Below, piece after piece: positions 42,173 through 51,974 of a stretch of DNA of 64,000 nucleotides. The notes below the pieces were generated by a model. That model worked only from the letters and a program-made list of their open reading frames with translations, made no database searches and was not told where the DNA came from. Both the position numbers and the translations under genes were made by a program. The DNA is from Candidatus Bathyarchaeota archaeon (GTDB taxonomy: Archaea; Thermoproteota; Bathyarchaeia; Bathyarchaeales; Bathycorpusculaceae). The stretch lies in the NCBI GenBank assembly GCA_963833575.1, contig CAWHXY010000004.1, positions 384,001 to 448,000 of the forward strand. The letters are read 5' to 3'. Position 1 is the first letter of the stretch; every line of letters begins with the position of its first letter.

Positions 42173-42418
42173 GTGGCTTATATGAAAAAGAAAACTATGC
42201 TCTTAATGACTGAAGAAGAGCTCTCTCTTGATTTAACGTTGCACGATGTTCCCGCCTCTCTTGTTGCCGAGTTTGCACAAAAAATCGTGAGACCTTACTA
42301 TAATGGAAACTTGAACGGTGCCATACAAGATCTAATCAACAAAGTGCTATCAGAACAGGATTACGTTTATTCGCATATAACTCACGTCAGAAAACCACCT
42401 AAACTGCAAAATAAGTAA
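42173..42418 (+). CDS. Small hypothetical protein (possible ribbon-helix-helix)
   Basis: DLTLHDVPASLVAEFA..AIQDLI. Confidence 0.6.
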   Translation: MAYMKKKTMLLMTEEELSLDLTLHDVPASLVAEFAQKIVRPYYNGNLNGAIQDLINKVLSEQDYVYSHITHVRKPPKLQNK

Positions 42419-42648
42419 ATTATTCTTTCTATGATATTGTGAAGAAAGCATTTTTCCCACCAAATTATTAATCAATTCAAAATTATGCCATGATTTTTTC
42501 AGTACCAACATTCAATTTGATGCTTCATCGAAGCATTTCACGTGAAGAAAAATGAAATGACACACTCAAAACGTTTCACATGAAAGCTGTCTTAAGAGGA
42601 AAGGCTTAATAGTTCTGAAGATAAAAATTTTCTTTATAGGCGTATTCT

Positions 42649-42930
42649 TTGGCGCTTTCACGAATGGAGAAGTATCTAGCCATCATCAGAGTCTTAGACA
42701 ACGAGGATTCAATAACGCAAAAACAAATCGTACTCAAGGCTGACATCAAATTATCTTCACCAAAAGAAACACTAAAGTTTTTAGTCCAACTAGAACTAAT
42801 AATCGAAAAAAGCCTTGGGAACAAGAAAGTGTATTCGATTACAGATAAAGGGCAAAAGTTGTGTGAATATTTCAGGTCCAAGGATGACGATTCGATATTC
42901 GGCGGAACCAACATAAGTCGAATTGATTAA
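42649..42930 (+). CDS. Winged-helix DNA-binding protein
   Basis: SRMEKYLAII..YSITDKG. Confidence 0.8.
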   Translation: MALSRMEKYLAIIRVLDNEDSITQKQIVLKADIKLSSPKETLKFLVQLELIIEKSLGNKKVYSITDKGQKLCEYFRSKDDDSIFGGTNISRID

Positions 42931-43020
42931 AACGTTTGTTTTCCCGCTCTCATTTAATAAATCGGTATAAATCTCCATTGGAATTTCGCAAATTATTGAA
43001 GCAAGCGTAAAATGGAAAAC

Positions 43021-43329
43021 CTATTTGCCCAATTCTTGCTCTTCGTATTGCATGGACATGGCTTTGCCGTCTTCTATTATAGTAAGCGTTTTATCTAGTT
43101 GCGTAAAGAAGCTGATAACTGATGTTCCGCGAGAAGTATTTGCGTAAACTGTATTGCGTTTTCCAACCATGCGCTCTTCAATTAATCCTTGTTTAATCAA
43201 GAATTCCAAGTACCCTTTTACGGTGTTTGTTTCGACATTTGCTTCAACTGCAATATGTGATGCCTTCAGAGGCCCACTTTCTGCTAAGACCTTCAGAATG
43301 TCAACGTACATCTCTAATTTGGATCCCAT
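43021..43329 (-). CDS. Winged-helix DNA-binding protein (paralog of 42649)
   Basis: SKLEMYVDILKVL..YLEFLIKQGLI..YANTSRG. Confidence 0.8.
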   Translation of the reverse strand: MGSKLEMYVDILKVLAESGPLKASHIAVEANVETNTVKGYLEFLIKQGLIEERMVGKRNTVYANTSRGTSVISFFTQLDKTLTIIEDGKAMSMQYEEQELGK

Positions 43330-43520
43330 TTGTTGTTACCCGTTTTACAAGTAACCCGAAATCTGGTATTAACAATTTGTGCGTAGAAAAACTCACCCTA
43401 CGTTCGCTAAAACAAAATCATTCCAAACGAAAAATTGTCATGAAAAGCCAAACATCGTTTTGACCAAGAAACTATGACTTAATAGTTCAGATATTGCCAA
43501 AGAAACAGTTGTAACTAAAA

Positions 43521-44243
43521 TTAGATTCGTCTTGATCTTGTTTTCTGAATTTTTTCGACAGCATTTCCGGTTCCAACATAAGCGATATCTGTCAAACCAA
43601 TAAAAAACCCAGTTTCTATGACACCGGGAATCATCTTTACCGTAACCTCTAATTCGTCAGGTCTATTTATTTCACCAAAATATGAGTCCAAAATGACGTT
43701 CCCATTATCTGTTATAACTGGACCAAGCTTGCCTTTACTTTCGCGTACAACAGGTTTACCGCCAGCATCAATAATTTTTCGTTTTGCAAGTGAAATAGCA
43801 AATGGCAAAACTTCAATCGGCACAGACTGGTTATTTTCACCTAGCCGATTCACTTTTTTCTTCTCATCAGCAATTATAATGTTGAGTTTTGAGGCAGCAG
43901 CAACAATCTTTTCTCTTGCCAACGCTGCACCCATACCTTTGATTAAACTTAGTTCGGGGGTTATTTGGTCAGCACCATCAATTGTTAAGTCTATTTCTGG
44001 GTGCTCATCCAATGTTGTGATTGGAATTCCACAATCAACTGCTAACAAGAAAGCTTGATAAGAAGTTGGAATCCCCAAAACACTAAGTTTTTCATTTTTC
44101 GTGCGTTCTCCCAAAGCTTCTATGGCAAAAGCAGCTGTACTTCCGCTGCCTAAACCAACAATAAAGCCGTCTTTAACATGTTTCATCGCCTGTAAAGCTG
44201 CGTTGCGCTTGGCGTTTTGAATTGCATCAGGGTTAACTTTCAA
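43521..44243 (-). CDS. rpiA: Ribose-5-phosphate isomerase A
   Basis: GLGSGST, IDGADQ, KGMGAALAREK. Confidence 0.95.
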   Translation of the reverse strand: MKVNPDAIQNAKRNAALQAMKHVKDGFIVGLGSGSTAAFAIEALGERTKNEKLSVLGIPTSYQAFLLAVDCGIPITTLDEHPEIDLTIDGADQITPELSLIKGMGAALAREKIVAAASKLNIIIADEKKKVNRLGENNQSVPIEVLPFAISLAKRKIIDAGGKPVVRESKGKLGPVITDNGNVILDSYFGEINRPDELEVTVKMIPGVIETGFFIGLTDIAYVGTGNAVEKIQKTRSRRI

Positions 44244-44973
44244 TTTCCATCTGCCCCAGTTTATCTAAAACTTTTTCAACTTCGCTTCTAATTGTATCTA
44301 TTCGTTTTTCAGCTTCAGTTTTAGCATCAGGTCTTTCCTCAGGCGGCTTTCGTTTCTTTTTGGGCTTTTCCTCATCCGCTTCAGTCTCTTCCTCTTCTTC
44401 AGCATCTTCAATCTTTTCCATCCGCGAAGGTGGCGTCTGATTGGGTAATCTTACAGGTATTTCTTTTATTGGTTTAACATCAATTTTGGTTCTAAGTTCA
44501 TCGACCTTAGAAGTTAATTCTCCGAAACGTTCGCTGAAGAGCTTCATTAAATCTTCTTGCATACCTTCAAGATCGTGCAAGGCAACAATAGTTTCATCTT
44601 TTGAGATAGATTCTTTGATGGACATCATTCTTGCTTTATAGCTTGCAGCAAGCTTTTCTCTTTCTTGCTCTGTAATTTTTCCTTCCGCTTGAGCTTCATA
44701 CAAGCGTCGGATTGCATCACTTAAAATTTCTCGTTCTAAATCAAGCATTCGCAACTCGTCTTTTGCGTTAGAAGCTGTGGATGTTTGAACGCTTTTTGAA
44801 ATTTTGAACGGTGAAGTGGAATAATCAAGACGTGAATCATCAGTTGTTTTTTGAGGTTTCTTTGGTTGAGGCTTTTTGCCTAATCGTCTCATGGCGTAAA
44901 TGACTATTCCAGCAGCGGCGATTATCACTACTGCAACTGCTATTACAGTTATAGGATCGTCATACCAAGCCAT
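44233..44973 (-). CDS. Membrane-anchored coiled-coil protein
   Basis: N-terminal TM, coiled coils, acidic/basic linker; overlaps rpiA start. Confidence 0.7.
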   Translation of the reverse strand: MAWYDDPITVIAVAVVIIAAAGIVIYAMRRLGKKPQPKKPQKTTDDSRLDYSTSPFKISKSVQTSTASNAKDELRMLDLEREILSDAIRRLYEAQAEGKITEQEREKLAASYKARMMSIKESISKDETIVALHDLEGMQEDLMKLFSERFGELTSKVDELRTKIDVKPIKEIPVRLPNQTPPSRMEKIEDAEEEEETEADEEKPKKKRKPPEERPDAKTEAEKRIDTIRSEVEKVLDKLGQMEIES

Positions 44974-45073
44974 GCCAAGCTGTCCTCGGTATCTTGATTA
45001 TGTACCATTAATATATAAATTATACAAATTCCTTCTAGTTTTTTCGAAGTTTTAACCTTAATACCGATGTGCA

Positions 45074-45625
45074 CTATTCTATTTTGACTCGCTTAACCTG
45101 GGCTTTTTCGAGAATCCCAACAACTGGTAACGCAATAACAACCCCGATTATTCCTCCTAATACATTCCAGCCTGCCCAAACAGTTAAAGTAAACATAAGT
45201 GCAAGATTAAGAATAACGATTCCATTTACAACAGCAGCAACATAGGCGCAAACAATTGTCGTTAACACAACAATGCTGATGTTAACTGATTTTAGGTTAA
45301 CTCTGTGACGATTGACCAATAAAGCTAAATCAAATAAGAATGCCGCCGGTACAAAGCCTAATACGGGAAGCACTTGCGGATTGGCAAGAACCACAATAGC
45401 GGATCCAATAATACAGACAGCCGACGCAGCGCCATATTGACCTGTCGCCCAGATAACAAGAACAAGCATGAAAAAAATTATCAAACTGTGAACGACGGGC
45501 AAATGAAAAATAGCAAAGCCAAGCGGAGCAATTGTTAGGTTTAGAATAACCCAAAGTGCGCTGAAAATGCTGATTAGCGCGATGTTGACACTAAAACGGT
45601 TTCTTGTTGTTTGTTGGGTAACCAA
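45074..45625 (-). CDS. ECF S-component-like membrane protein
   Basis: Hydrophobic 183 aa, ~6 TM. Confidence 0.6.
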   Translation of the reverse strand: MVTQQTTRNRFSVNIALISIFSALWVILNLTIAPLGFAIFHLPVVHSLIIFFMLVLVIWATGQYGAASAVCIIGSAIVVLANPQVLPVLGFVPAAFLFDLALLVNRHRVNLKSVNISIVVLTTIVCAYVAAVVNGIVILNLALMFTLTVWAGWNVLGGIIGVVIALPVVGILEKAQVKRVKIE

Positions 45626-45776
45626 TTCAGTAACACTTCGTTAGACTTCAGCAATATCAGCAAACTAAAGTCTTTACATAACACCAGTTTAGAACAAACT
45701 AATAAATAATTAACCAAAGAAATCCCCAATAATGATGTCTTGCCAGAACACTCAACATTGACACGATCGCAGTTAA

Positions 45777-46155
45777 CTAACTACTGATGAATTAAGGATA
45801 CTGCTACTTAAAATCAGAGACAAAGCCCACTTACTTGGCCTAAAATTCTTACAGTACACACCAACGCAATACTGCAATTTTGACCCTATACAATTAGGCT
45901 TAGGCATCAAAACTTAAAGCTGCTATGATAAACGTTTGCGTTGGACCAAATGGCCAAATTTGTCCATGCCAAAGTTATTTTCAAACCTTAGGAAATATTC
46001 TTACTGATTCATGGGACAAGATTTGGGATAATCCTTTGGCGGTGAAACTCCGCAGTAGAGGTTATGTTGAACAAAAATGCAAGAGGTGTTCTCAATTGGA
46101 AGTTTGTGGTGGGGGATGCCCTTTGGAACTACAAAAACCGAGAGCATCAATGTAG
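45777..46155 (+). pseudogene. Radical SAM/SPASM C-terminal remnant
   Basis: ..YTPTQYCNFDPIQLGLGIK(stop/shift)..NVCVGPNG..PCQSY..CKRCSQLEVCGGGCP; no CxxxCxxC N-terminus. Confidence 0.75.
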
Positions 46156-46232
46156 TGAAACAGCATAATTTATCTTTTAGCAAGCCACCATTTCCTTCTT
46201 AATAGACAGCGTATTCGTGAGTTCAGAAAGAA

Positions 46233-47468
46233 ATGGGTGATATCGAGAAAACTAGGCTTGTAGTTTTTGACGTTGAAGGAGTACTTATTCCGAAAAACCG
46301 CTTCATTTTCACTGTTGGAAGAAGCTTGGGTTTCAGCAAGTTGATACAGCTACTTTTTTACGGCTTTCTATATGAATCTGGCATTGTTAAGCTGGATTCA
46401 GCATTAAGAAAAATCTTTAAAGAACTAAAAGGAGTAGAACTTGACACCTTAATGCTTATTTTTGCAACAATTCCTTCTACGCCTTACCTTCAAAATATTT
46501 TTTCTCAAATCAAAGTTAGAAATTGCAAGATAGCTTTGATTAGTTCAGGATTGCCAACTGTTATGGTTGAAAAATTAGCCATTGCCGTAGGTGCAGAATA
46601 TGCATACGGAATTGAAGTTGAAACCAAAGATGACAAGCTAACCGGTGAAATCCGTGGTGACGCCATCGAACCCAGTGGCAAACTGAAGATTCTTTGCCAA
46701 ATACTGGAAAAAGAAAAACTGAACTTAAATGACTGCGTAGTTGTTGCTGACGATAGAAACAACCGTTGCATTTTTCTGAAAGAAGCATTAAAAATTGGTT
46801 TCAACCCTGATTTTATTATACGGGTTAAAGCGGATAGGGTAGTAAACGGTACGCTTTCTGGAATCTTGCCCATCATAGATGGGAAACAACATAAACATTC
46901 TCTTCCTTCTGTTAATGATTTTGTAAGAGAAGATATCCACGCTTCAGGATTTTTTATGCCAGTTGTCGCTAGCCTCATCGGTGTTCCAGCAGTTGGTTCA
47001 ATAATTTTCGCCATTGCACTCATCTATACAATATCAGAACTTGGCCGTCTAGAAGGAAAAGAATTGCCGATAATTTCAGCAATTACGCGTCATGCCGCTA
47101 ATCAATCAGAACTGCGGGGGTTCGCCGCAGCACCATTATACTTTGCTTTTGGCATTTTGTTCACATTAGTAGTCTTTCCACATCCGGCAAGTTATGCTGC
47201 TATAGCAATGTTTTGTTTAGGTGATAGCGCGGCTTCACTTTTTGGAGGTCTTGTCTCCACATCATTGCCTTTCAATAAAGGCAAAACGTGGGAAGGTTCT
47301 TTAGCGGGTTTCTTTTTCGCTTTTTTAGCAGGGACCTTTTTTGTATCCCCATTATTGGCTTTAGCTGGAGCTGCGATTGCTATGACTATTGAAGTTCTTC
47401 CGTTGCCTATTAATGATAATGTTCTAATACCCGTTATTACTGGGGCAGTATTATCATTGTTGATCTAA
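46233..47468 (+). CDS. HAD (SerB-like) domain fused to dolichol/phytol-kinase (CTP-transferase-like) membrane domain
   Basis: FDVEGVL, ISSG; then GDSAASLFG, KTWEGS, NDN. Confidence 0.75.
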   Translation: MGDIEKTRLVVFDVEGVLIPKNRFIFTVGRSLGFSKLIQLLFYGFLYESGIVKLDSALRKIFKELKGVELDTLMLIFATIPSTPYLQNIFSQIKVRNCKIALISSGLPTVMVEKLAIAVGAEYAYGIEVETKDDKLTGEIRGDAIEPSGKLKILCQILEKEKLNLNDCVVVADDRNNRCIFLKEALKIGFNPDFIIRVKADRVVNGTLSGILPIIDGKQHKHSLPSVNDFVREDIHASGFFMPVVASLIGVPAVGSIIFAIALIYTISELGRLEGKELPIISAITRHAANQSELRGFAAAPLYFAFGILFTLVVFPHPASYAAIAMFCLGDSAASLFGGLVSTSLPFNKGKTWEGSLAGFFFAFLAGTFFVSPLLALAGAAIAMTIEVLPLPINDNVLIPVITGAVLSLLI

Positions 47469-47937
47469 CAAAACAAGGGACTTAAGATAATCCTTAACAA
47501 AGAATTTTTTGCCTTTTTGAGTGACTATATGCCCTTCCTGCTCTAGAAGCCTCTTTTGTGATTCAAAACCGCCTGGGTATTTTTCATTCAGTAATCCGCC
47601 CGTCTTTAGAGTTCGCCAATAAGGAGTAATTTCCGTCGCTCCTTGCTGTTGTTGCTCTTCAGCAGCATGGGCGGATATCCAAACGAAAATTCCAGTAGTT
47701 AATGGGCAACCAATAGTAGTATGATGTTTGATTGCGAGGGCTGAGCGGATTTCGTTGATGGTTATCATTTTTCCTTTGGGAACTTTTTTCATTAACTGAT
47801 CCACTTCGGTTGGAGCGGGAATTACCAATGTGCCGGTGCCCCATTTTTTTGCTCATTCGTTCGCTTATTTCTTCAACTTTAGGGTAACCTTTACTATTGT
47901 TTAGTTTTTCCTGCCACGAAGGTTTCTTTGATGGCAT
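47454..47937 (-). pseudogene. MGMT/ATL-like DNA-binding protein, frameshifted at A7 run
   Basis: MPSKKPSWQEKL..MSKK then WGTGTLVIPAP..CPLTTG..PYWRTLK in another frame (T-run 47844-47850). Confidence 0.75.
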
Positions 47938-47995
47938 AACATCACCAAGAATGTATTGCCAAGGATTTTAATGAAACTGCCTAAAAAATTATTTC

Positions 47996-48241
47996 CTACT
48001 TTGAATTAGCGAGATCAAGTTTCTGCTGATGATTTAACTTTTTTATTTCTCTTTCACGCTTCATCGCTTTGCTTCTTGAATCCAAAATTTCAACGTACGC
48101 TATCTTTTGTGGTCTATGTGATTTTGTGTATTTTGCACCTTTACCTGTTTCATGTTGTTTTATTCTTTCATCTAAATCCTTGGTATAACCAGTGTAAAAA
48201 CTCCCGTCACAGCAAAGTAGAATATAAACGTAAAATGGCAC
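47996..48241 (-). CDS. GIY-YIG nuclease family (UPF0213)
   Basis: YVYIL.C.DGSFYTGYT..R...H..GKGAKYT. Confidence 0.92.
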   Translation of the reverse strand: MPFYVYILLCCDGSFYTGYTKDLDERIKQHETGKGAKYTKSHRPQKIAYVEILDSRSKAMKREREIKKLNHQQKLDLANSK

Positions 48242-48247
48242 TAAGCG

Positions 48248-48928
48248 CTAAGTCTCCTTGATTTCGCGCGGCAGATAATCGTATACAATTCCTTTTTGCA
48301 TCGCTCTCTTTAGATAAGCTTCAGGATCAATTTCTTGAACTTTTGCTCGGTCAACGTCAATAATGTAAATTTCGTGTATGCGTGCATTTCGTATTTCTTC
48401 AAGAGTCACAGGAGGTTTTTGGTAATATGCATCGACGAGATTTTTTATCTGCAATATTTCCCAGTCAGCTCTATTTCTTGGCGGCTTAGCTAACGCACGT
48501 GGAAAAGGCAAGATATAATGAGGCGGCACGCCTAAAGCAAATTTTCCAGCAAAACTACTGTACCTTATTATTTTACTTGCTAGACGTGCAGAAGTATATG
48601 TTAATGGTGCCAAAGCGTTTTCGGGAGGAATAAAACCAGTTTCAACTTCAACAATAACATTTCCAAAACCTTTTATAGCATATAAATCGCAAGTTAATAA
48701 CTCATTTAACTGATACTCAATCTGAACGCTGTAGCCTTTTTGAATGAGATACTTAGCACATACAAGCTCCATGACAGAGTGATTAATTTTTACGACATTT
48801 TCTTTTTGCAGCTTTACCAGCCAGTCTTTTAAAATCTTAAGTCCATCTGCAACTTCTTTTTCACTATCAGTTGTTAGCCTCGATAACAGTACCTTCAAAT
48901 CTTGCTCAAACTTTTGCCGGTTACTCAA
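48248..48928 (-). CDS. Conserved archaeal protein, PD-(D/E)XK-like fold
   Basis: CDLYA..IVEVETG. Confidence 0.65.
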   Translation of the reverse strand: MSNRQKFEQDLKVLLSRLTTDSEKEVADGLKILKDWLVKLQKENVVKINHSVMELVCAKYLIQKGYSVQIEYQLNELLTCDLYAIKGFGNVIVEVETGFIPPENALAPLTYTSARLASKIIRYSSFAGKFALGVPPHYILPFPRALAKPPRNRADWEILQIKNLVDAYYQKPPVTLEEIRNARIHEIYIIDVDRAKVQEIDPEAYLKRAMQKGIVYDYLPREIKET

Positions 48929-49096
48929 CGTTGCTTCCTTTCCGATTGATTGGCAACTATTAAACTAATTGATTTAACAATATATAAAGTCAAAAATCAA
49001 TTTTTGTGCTGCTTGCCCAGACCTTTAAAGACTAAGTTCTAACTCGCAAATAAGAAAAAGTTAAAAAGAATTTGATTTTGCTTGGAAAATATTTGT

Positions 49097-49282
49097 TCAA
49101 GTTTTCACGGTTGAAAGGACAAGCCTTGTGTAGTTAACGTCTACTTCAACTATCTTGCAATTTTTGAATTCTTTGGCTTCGCCTAGTATGTTTTTAACTA
49201 TTACGTTGTCTCCTTCAATCTTACCGTAAATTACGTCTTTGAATTGTATTTCTCCATTGAGGATTACGTTAAATTCACACAT
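49097..49282 (-). CDS. CooT family nickel-binding protein
   Basis: MCE start, NILGE, I.EVD. Confidence 0.8.
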   Translation of the reverse strand: MCEFNVILNGEIQFKDVIYGKIEGDNVIVKNILGEAKEFKNCKIVEVDVNYTRLVLSTVKT

Positions 49283-49494
49283 AATTTATCAACATGAAAA
49301 AAGAAAATTCTCGTTTATAAGGCTTTTAACAAAAAAATCGAAGTACCTACACAGACTTTAAGAAAACTTACGAGAAATAATTTTACACAAGTTGAAATAT
49401 TTCTGCAAAAGTACAAACAATTGAGAATTACACCGTAAACCTTTTATTTGTACAGTTATGTTCTTTTAAGGACTGGTATTTAAGAGGAATTAAG

Positions 49495-49545
49495 ATGAGG
49501 GATCGTCACCTCAATAGCTGGGATCGTCGGGTACTTATTCTTTGA
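49495..49545 (+). CDS. Putative ilv leader peptide MRDRHLNSWDRRVLIL
   Basis: AGAGGA RBS; last four codons Val-Leu-Ile-Leu; ~100 nt upstream of ilvB. Confidence 0.55.
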   Translation: MRDRHLNSWDRRVLIL

Positions 49546-49642
49546 TTCGCCTAGGCACCCCTCTGAAAAATTACCTGCAAAATTTGCAATCAATTTTTTT
49601 CAAGACGACAGCATAGATAATTTTATAAAAGGAGACCAATAA

Positions 49643-51355
49643 ATGACCAAAATGTCTGGTGCAAAAGTACTAGTAGAATCCCTTGAACAACAAAATGTGG
49701 ACGTTATATTCGGCATCTTAGGCGGAGCAATCCTGCCAGTATACGATGCGTTATGTGGCAACGAGAAAATTAGACACATACTGGCACGACATGAACAGGG
49801 AGCGGCACATGCAGCCGAAGGCTATGCCCGAGCCAGCGGTCGAGTAGGAGTATGTATGGCAACTTCAGGACCAGGAGCCACAAACTTAGTCACTGGAATA
49901 GCAAATGCATACATGGATTCTTCGCCTATGGTAGCCTTAACAGGGCAAGTTCCCTCGACAGGCGTTAACTCTTCTTACATGATTGGCAGAGACGCTTTCC
50001 AAGAAGCAGACATCATCGGCATCACCACCCCAATTACAAAGCATAATTATCAGCCTCGGGCAATTGCCGAAATCCAACCGATGGTCAATGCCGCGTTCTA
50101 CATAGCATCCTCAGGCAGACCTGGACCAGTCCTAATTGACCTGCCAAAAAATGTGCAGTCGGACGTTGCCGATGTTGAGTTAGGAGTTACAGATAAAATT
50201 GAAGGAAGGGGTTACAAACCAGCAATCAGGCCAGATTTAGTTAAAATTAGCGAAGCAGCGGGTTTGCTCGCGGAGGCAGTGGAACCATTGATACTGGCCG
50301 GCGGAGGAACAATTTCTTCTAATGCATCTGACGAACTAATGCAAATGTCCGATTTGCTAATGGCACCAGTTGCAACAACTTTCATGGGCAAAGGTGCTTT
50401 TCCTGAAGGCCATCCCTTATCGCTTGGATGCATCGGGATGCATGGAAATCCAGCCGCTAACAGACTAATTGGTGAAGCTGACGTGTTGTTAGCTGTTGGG
50501 ACAAGATTTTCTGACCGTGCAACAGCCAACTTGGACACTTTTGCGCCTAACGCTAAAAAGATTCACATAGACATTGATGCTGCAGAAATCGGCAAGAATA
50601 TTGAAGTTGACGTTCCAATTGTTGGAGACGCAAAAGTATCGTTAAAACTATTGTATGATGCCGTGACAAAGAAGCTACCCAGAATGAAAGTCAGCGCATG
50701 GTCAAAACGTGTTAAAGAAGCTAAAGAGCAGTTAAGTCCGCTGCTAAAAGAAAGACCCAAAGACCTGGTTCCCAAAGCCTTACTAACTGAGCTTAGAAAA
50801 CTGTTACCCGTGGACACCATCGTTACCACCGAAGTGGGCCAAAACCAGATGTGGTCAGCACTGTACTTCCAAGCGTTGAAACCGAGAACCTTCATAAGTT
50901 CAGGCGGATTAGGCACAATGGGTTTTGGTTTTCCAGCAGCTATAGGAGCAAAAGTTGCCTGTCCAGACAAACCCGTCGTAGACATAGCTGGTGACGGCAG
51001 CTTCATAATGACTGAGCAAGAACTTGCTTGTTCAGTAGCTGAAAAAATTCCAGTCATAGTCATTGTGCTAAACAATTCGGTGCTTGGCATGGTTGCGCAG
51101 TGGCAAAGAACTCTCTACAATCGCCGTTACATGGCAGTAAACTTGGGTAAAACACCAGATATGGTTAAGCTGGCGGAAGCTTATGGAGCACAAGGCCTGC
51201 GAGCAAACTCAATTGAAGAATTCCAAAAAGCAGTTAAGACAGCGCTAAACAGTAATGTTACAACAGTAATCGATGTGCCCATTGGCTCAGAACAGGATGT
51301 TGTTCCATTTGTGCCTCCAGGCTGCGGTTTACCACAACAAAGAGGTGACTACTAA
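49643..51355 (+). CDS. ilvB: Acetolactate synthase large subunit
   Basis: RHEQGA, TSGPGATN, GGLGTMGFG, GDGSF. Confidence 0.95.
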   Translation: MTKMSGAKVLVESLEQQNVDVIFGILGGAILPVYDALCGNEKIRHILARHEQGAAHAAEGYARASGRVGVCMATSGPGATNLVTGIANAYMDSSPMVALTGQVPSTGVNSSYMIGRDAFQEADIIGITTPITKHNYQPRAIAEIQPMVNAAFYIASSGRPGPVLIDLPKNVQSDVADVELGVTDKIEGRGYKPAIRPDLVKISEAAGLLAEAVEPLILAGGGTISSNASDELMQMSDLLMAPVATTFMGKGAFPEGHPLSLGCIGMHGNPAANRLIGEADVLLAVGTRFSDRATANLDTFAPNAKKIHIDIDAAEIGKNIEVDVPIVGDAKVSLKLLYDAVTKKLPRMKVSAWSKRVKEAKEQLSPLLKERPKDLVPKALLTELRKLLPVDTIVTTEVGQNQMWSALYFQALKPRTFISSGGLGTMGFGFPAAIGAKVACPDKPVVDIAGDGSFIMTEQELACSVAEKIPVIVIVLNNSVLGMVAQWQRTLYNRRYMAVNLGKTPDMVKLAEAYGAQGLRANSIEEFQKAVKTALNSNVTTVIDVPIGSEQDVVPFVPPGCGLPQQRGDY

Positions 51356-51867
51356 TGGAAGATCAAAAAGCAAAAGTCATCTCCGTTCTCGTCGAAAACA
51401 AACCAGGTGTCCTTCACGGAGTCTCCAATCTCTTCCGACGTAGAAACTTTAACATCGAAAGCATCACAGTTGGACCAAGCGAACAAATTGATATAGCACG
51501 AATGACAATCACGGTCAATGGGGACGAAAAAACATTAGAACAAGTCGTTAAACAACTGGCAAAACTCATCGATGTCCTAAAAGTCGAAGAGTTAGAAGCA
51601 GGACACTTTGTGATGCGGGAACTAGCTTTAATAAAAGTTAACGTGCCCACCCCCAAAGAACGCTCAGACATCATAAACTGCGTAGAAGTCTTCAGAGGGC
51701 GAATAATCGATGTTGCAACTGACAGTTTAACCGTTGAGATTACAGGAACCCCAGATAAATTAGATGCATTCCTAAACCTAATGAAAACAACTGGCGTCAT
51801 TGAACTCGCAAGAACCGGCATAACAGCATTGGCAAGAGGAGCAAAAACAGTAAGAATAGACGAATAA
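51355..51867 (+). CDS. ilvN: Acetolactate synthase regulatory subunit
   Basis: ENKPGVL, RRNFNIESITV, ELARTG. Confidence 0.93.
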   Translation: MEDQKAKVISVLVENKPGVLHGVSNLFRRRNFNIESITVGPSEQIDIARMTITVNGDEKTLEQVVKQLAKLIDVLKVEELEAGHFVMRELALIKVNVPTPKERSDIINCVEVFRGRIIDVATDSLTVEITGTPDKLDAFLNLMKTTGVIELARTGITALARGAKTVRIDE

Positions 51868-51974
51868 ATCGTTTCCTTGAACGGAAACGCTTAACTCTCA
51901 GTTTCTCAAAAATGAGAAACGCTCACAGAAGATTATTCAAAATAAATAATTATTGTAAAAAAGAGAGAACAACA

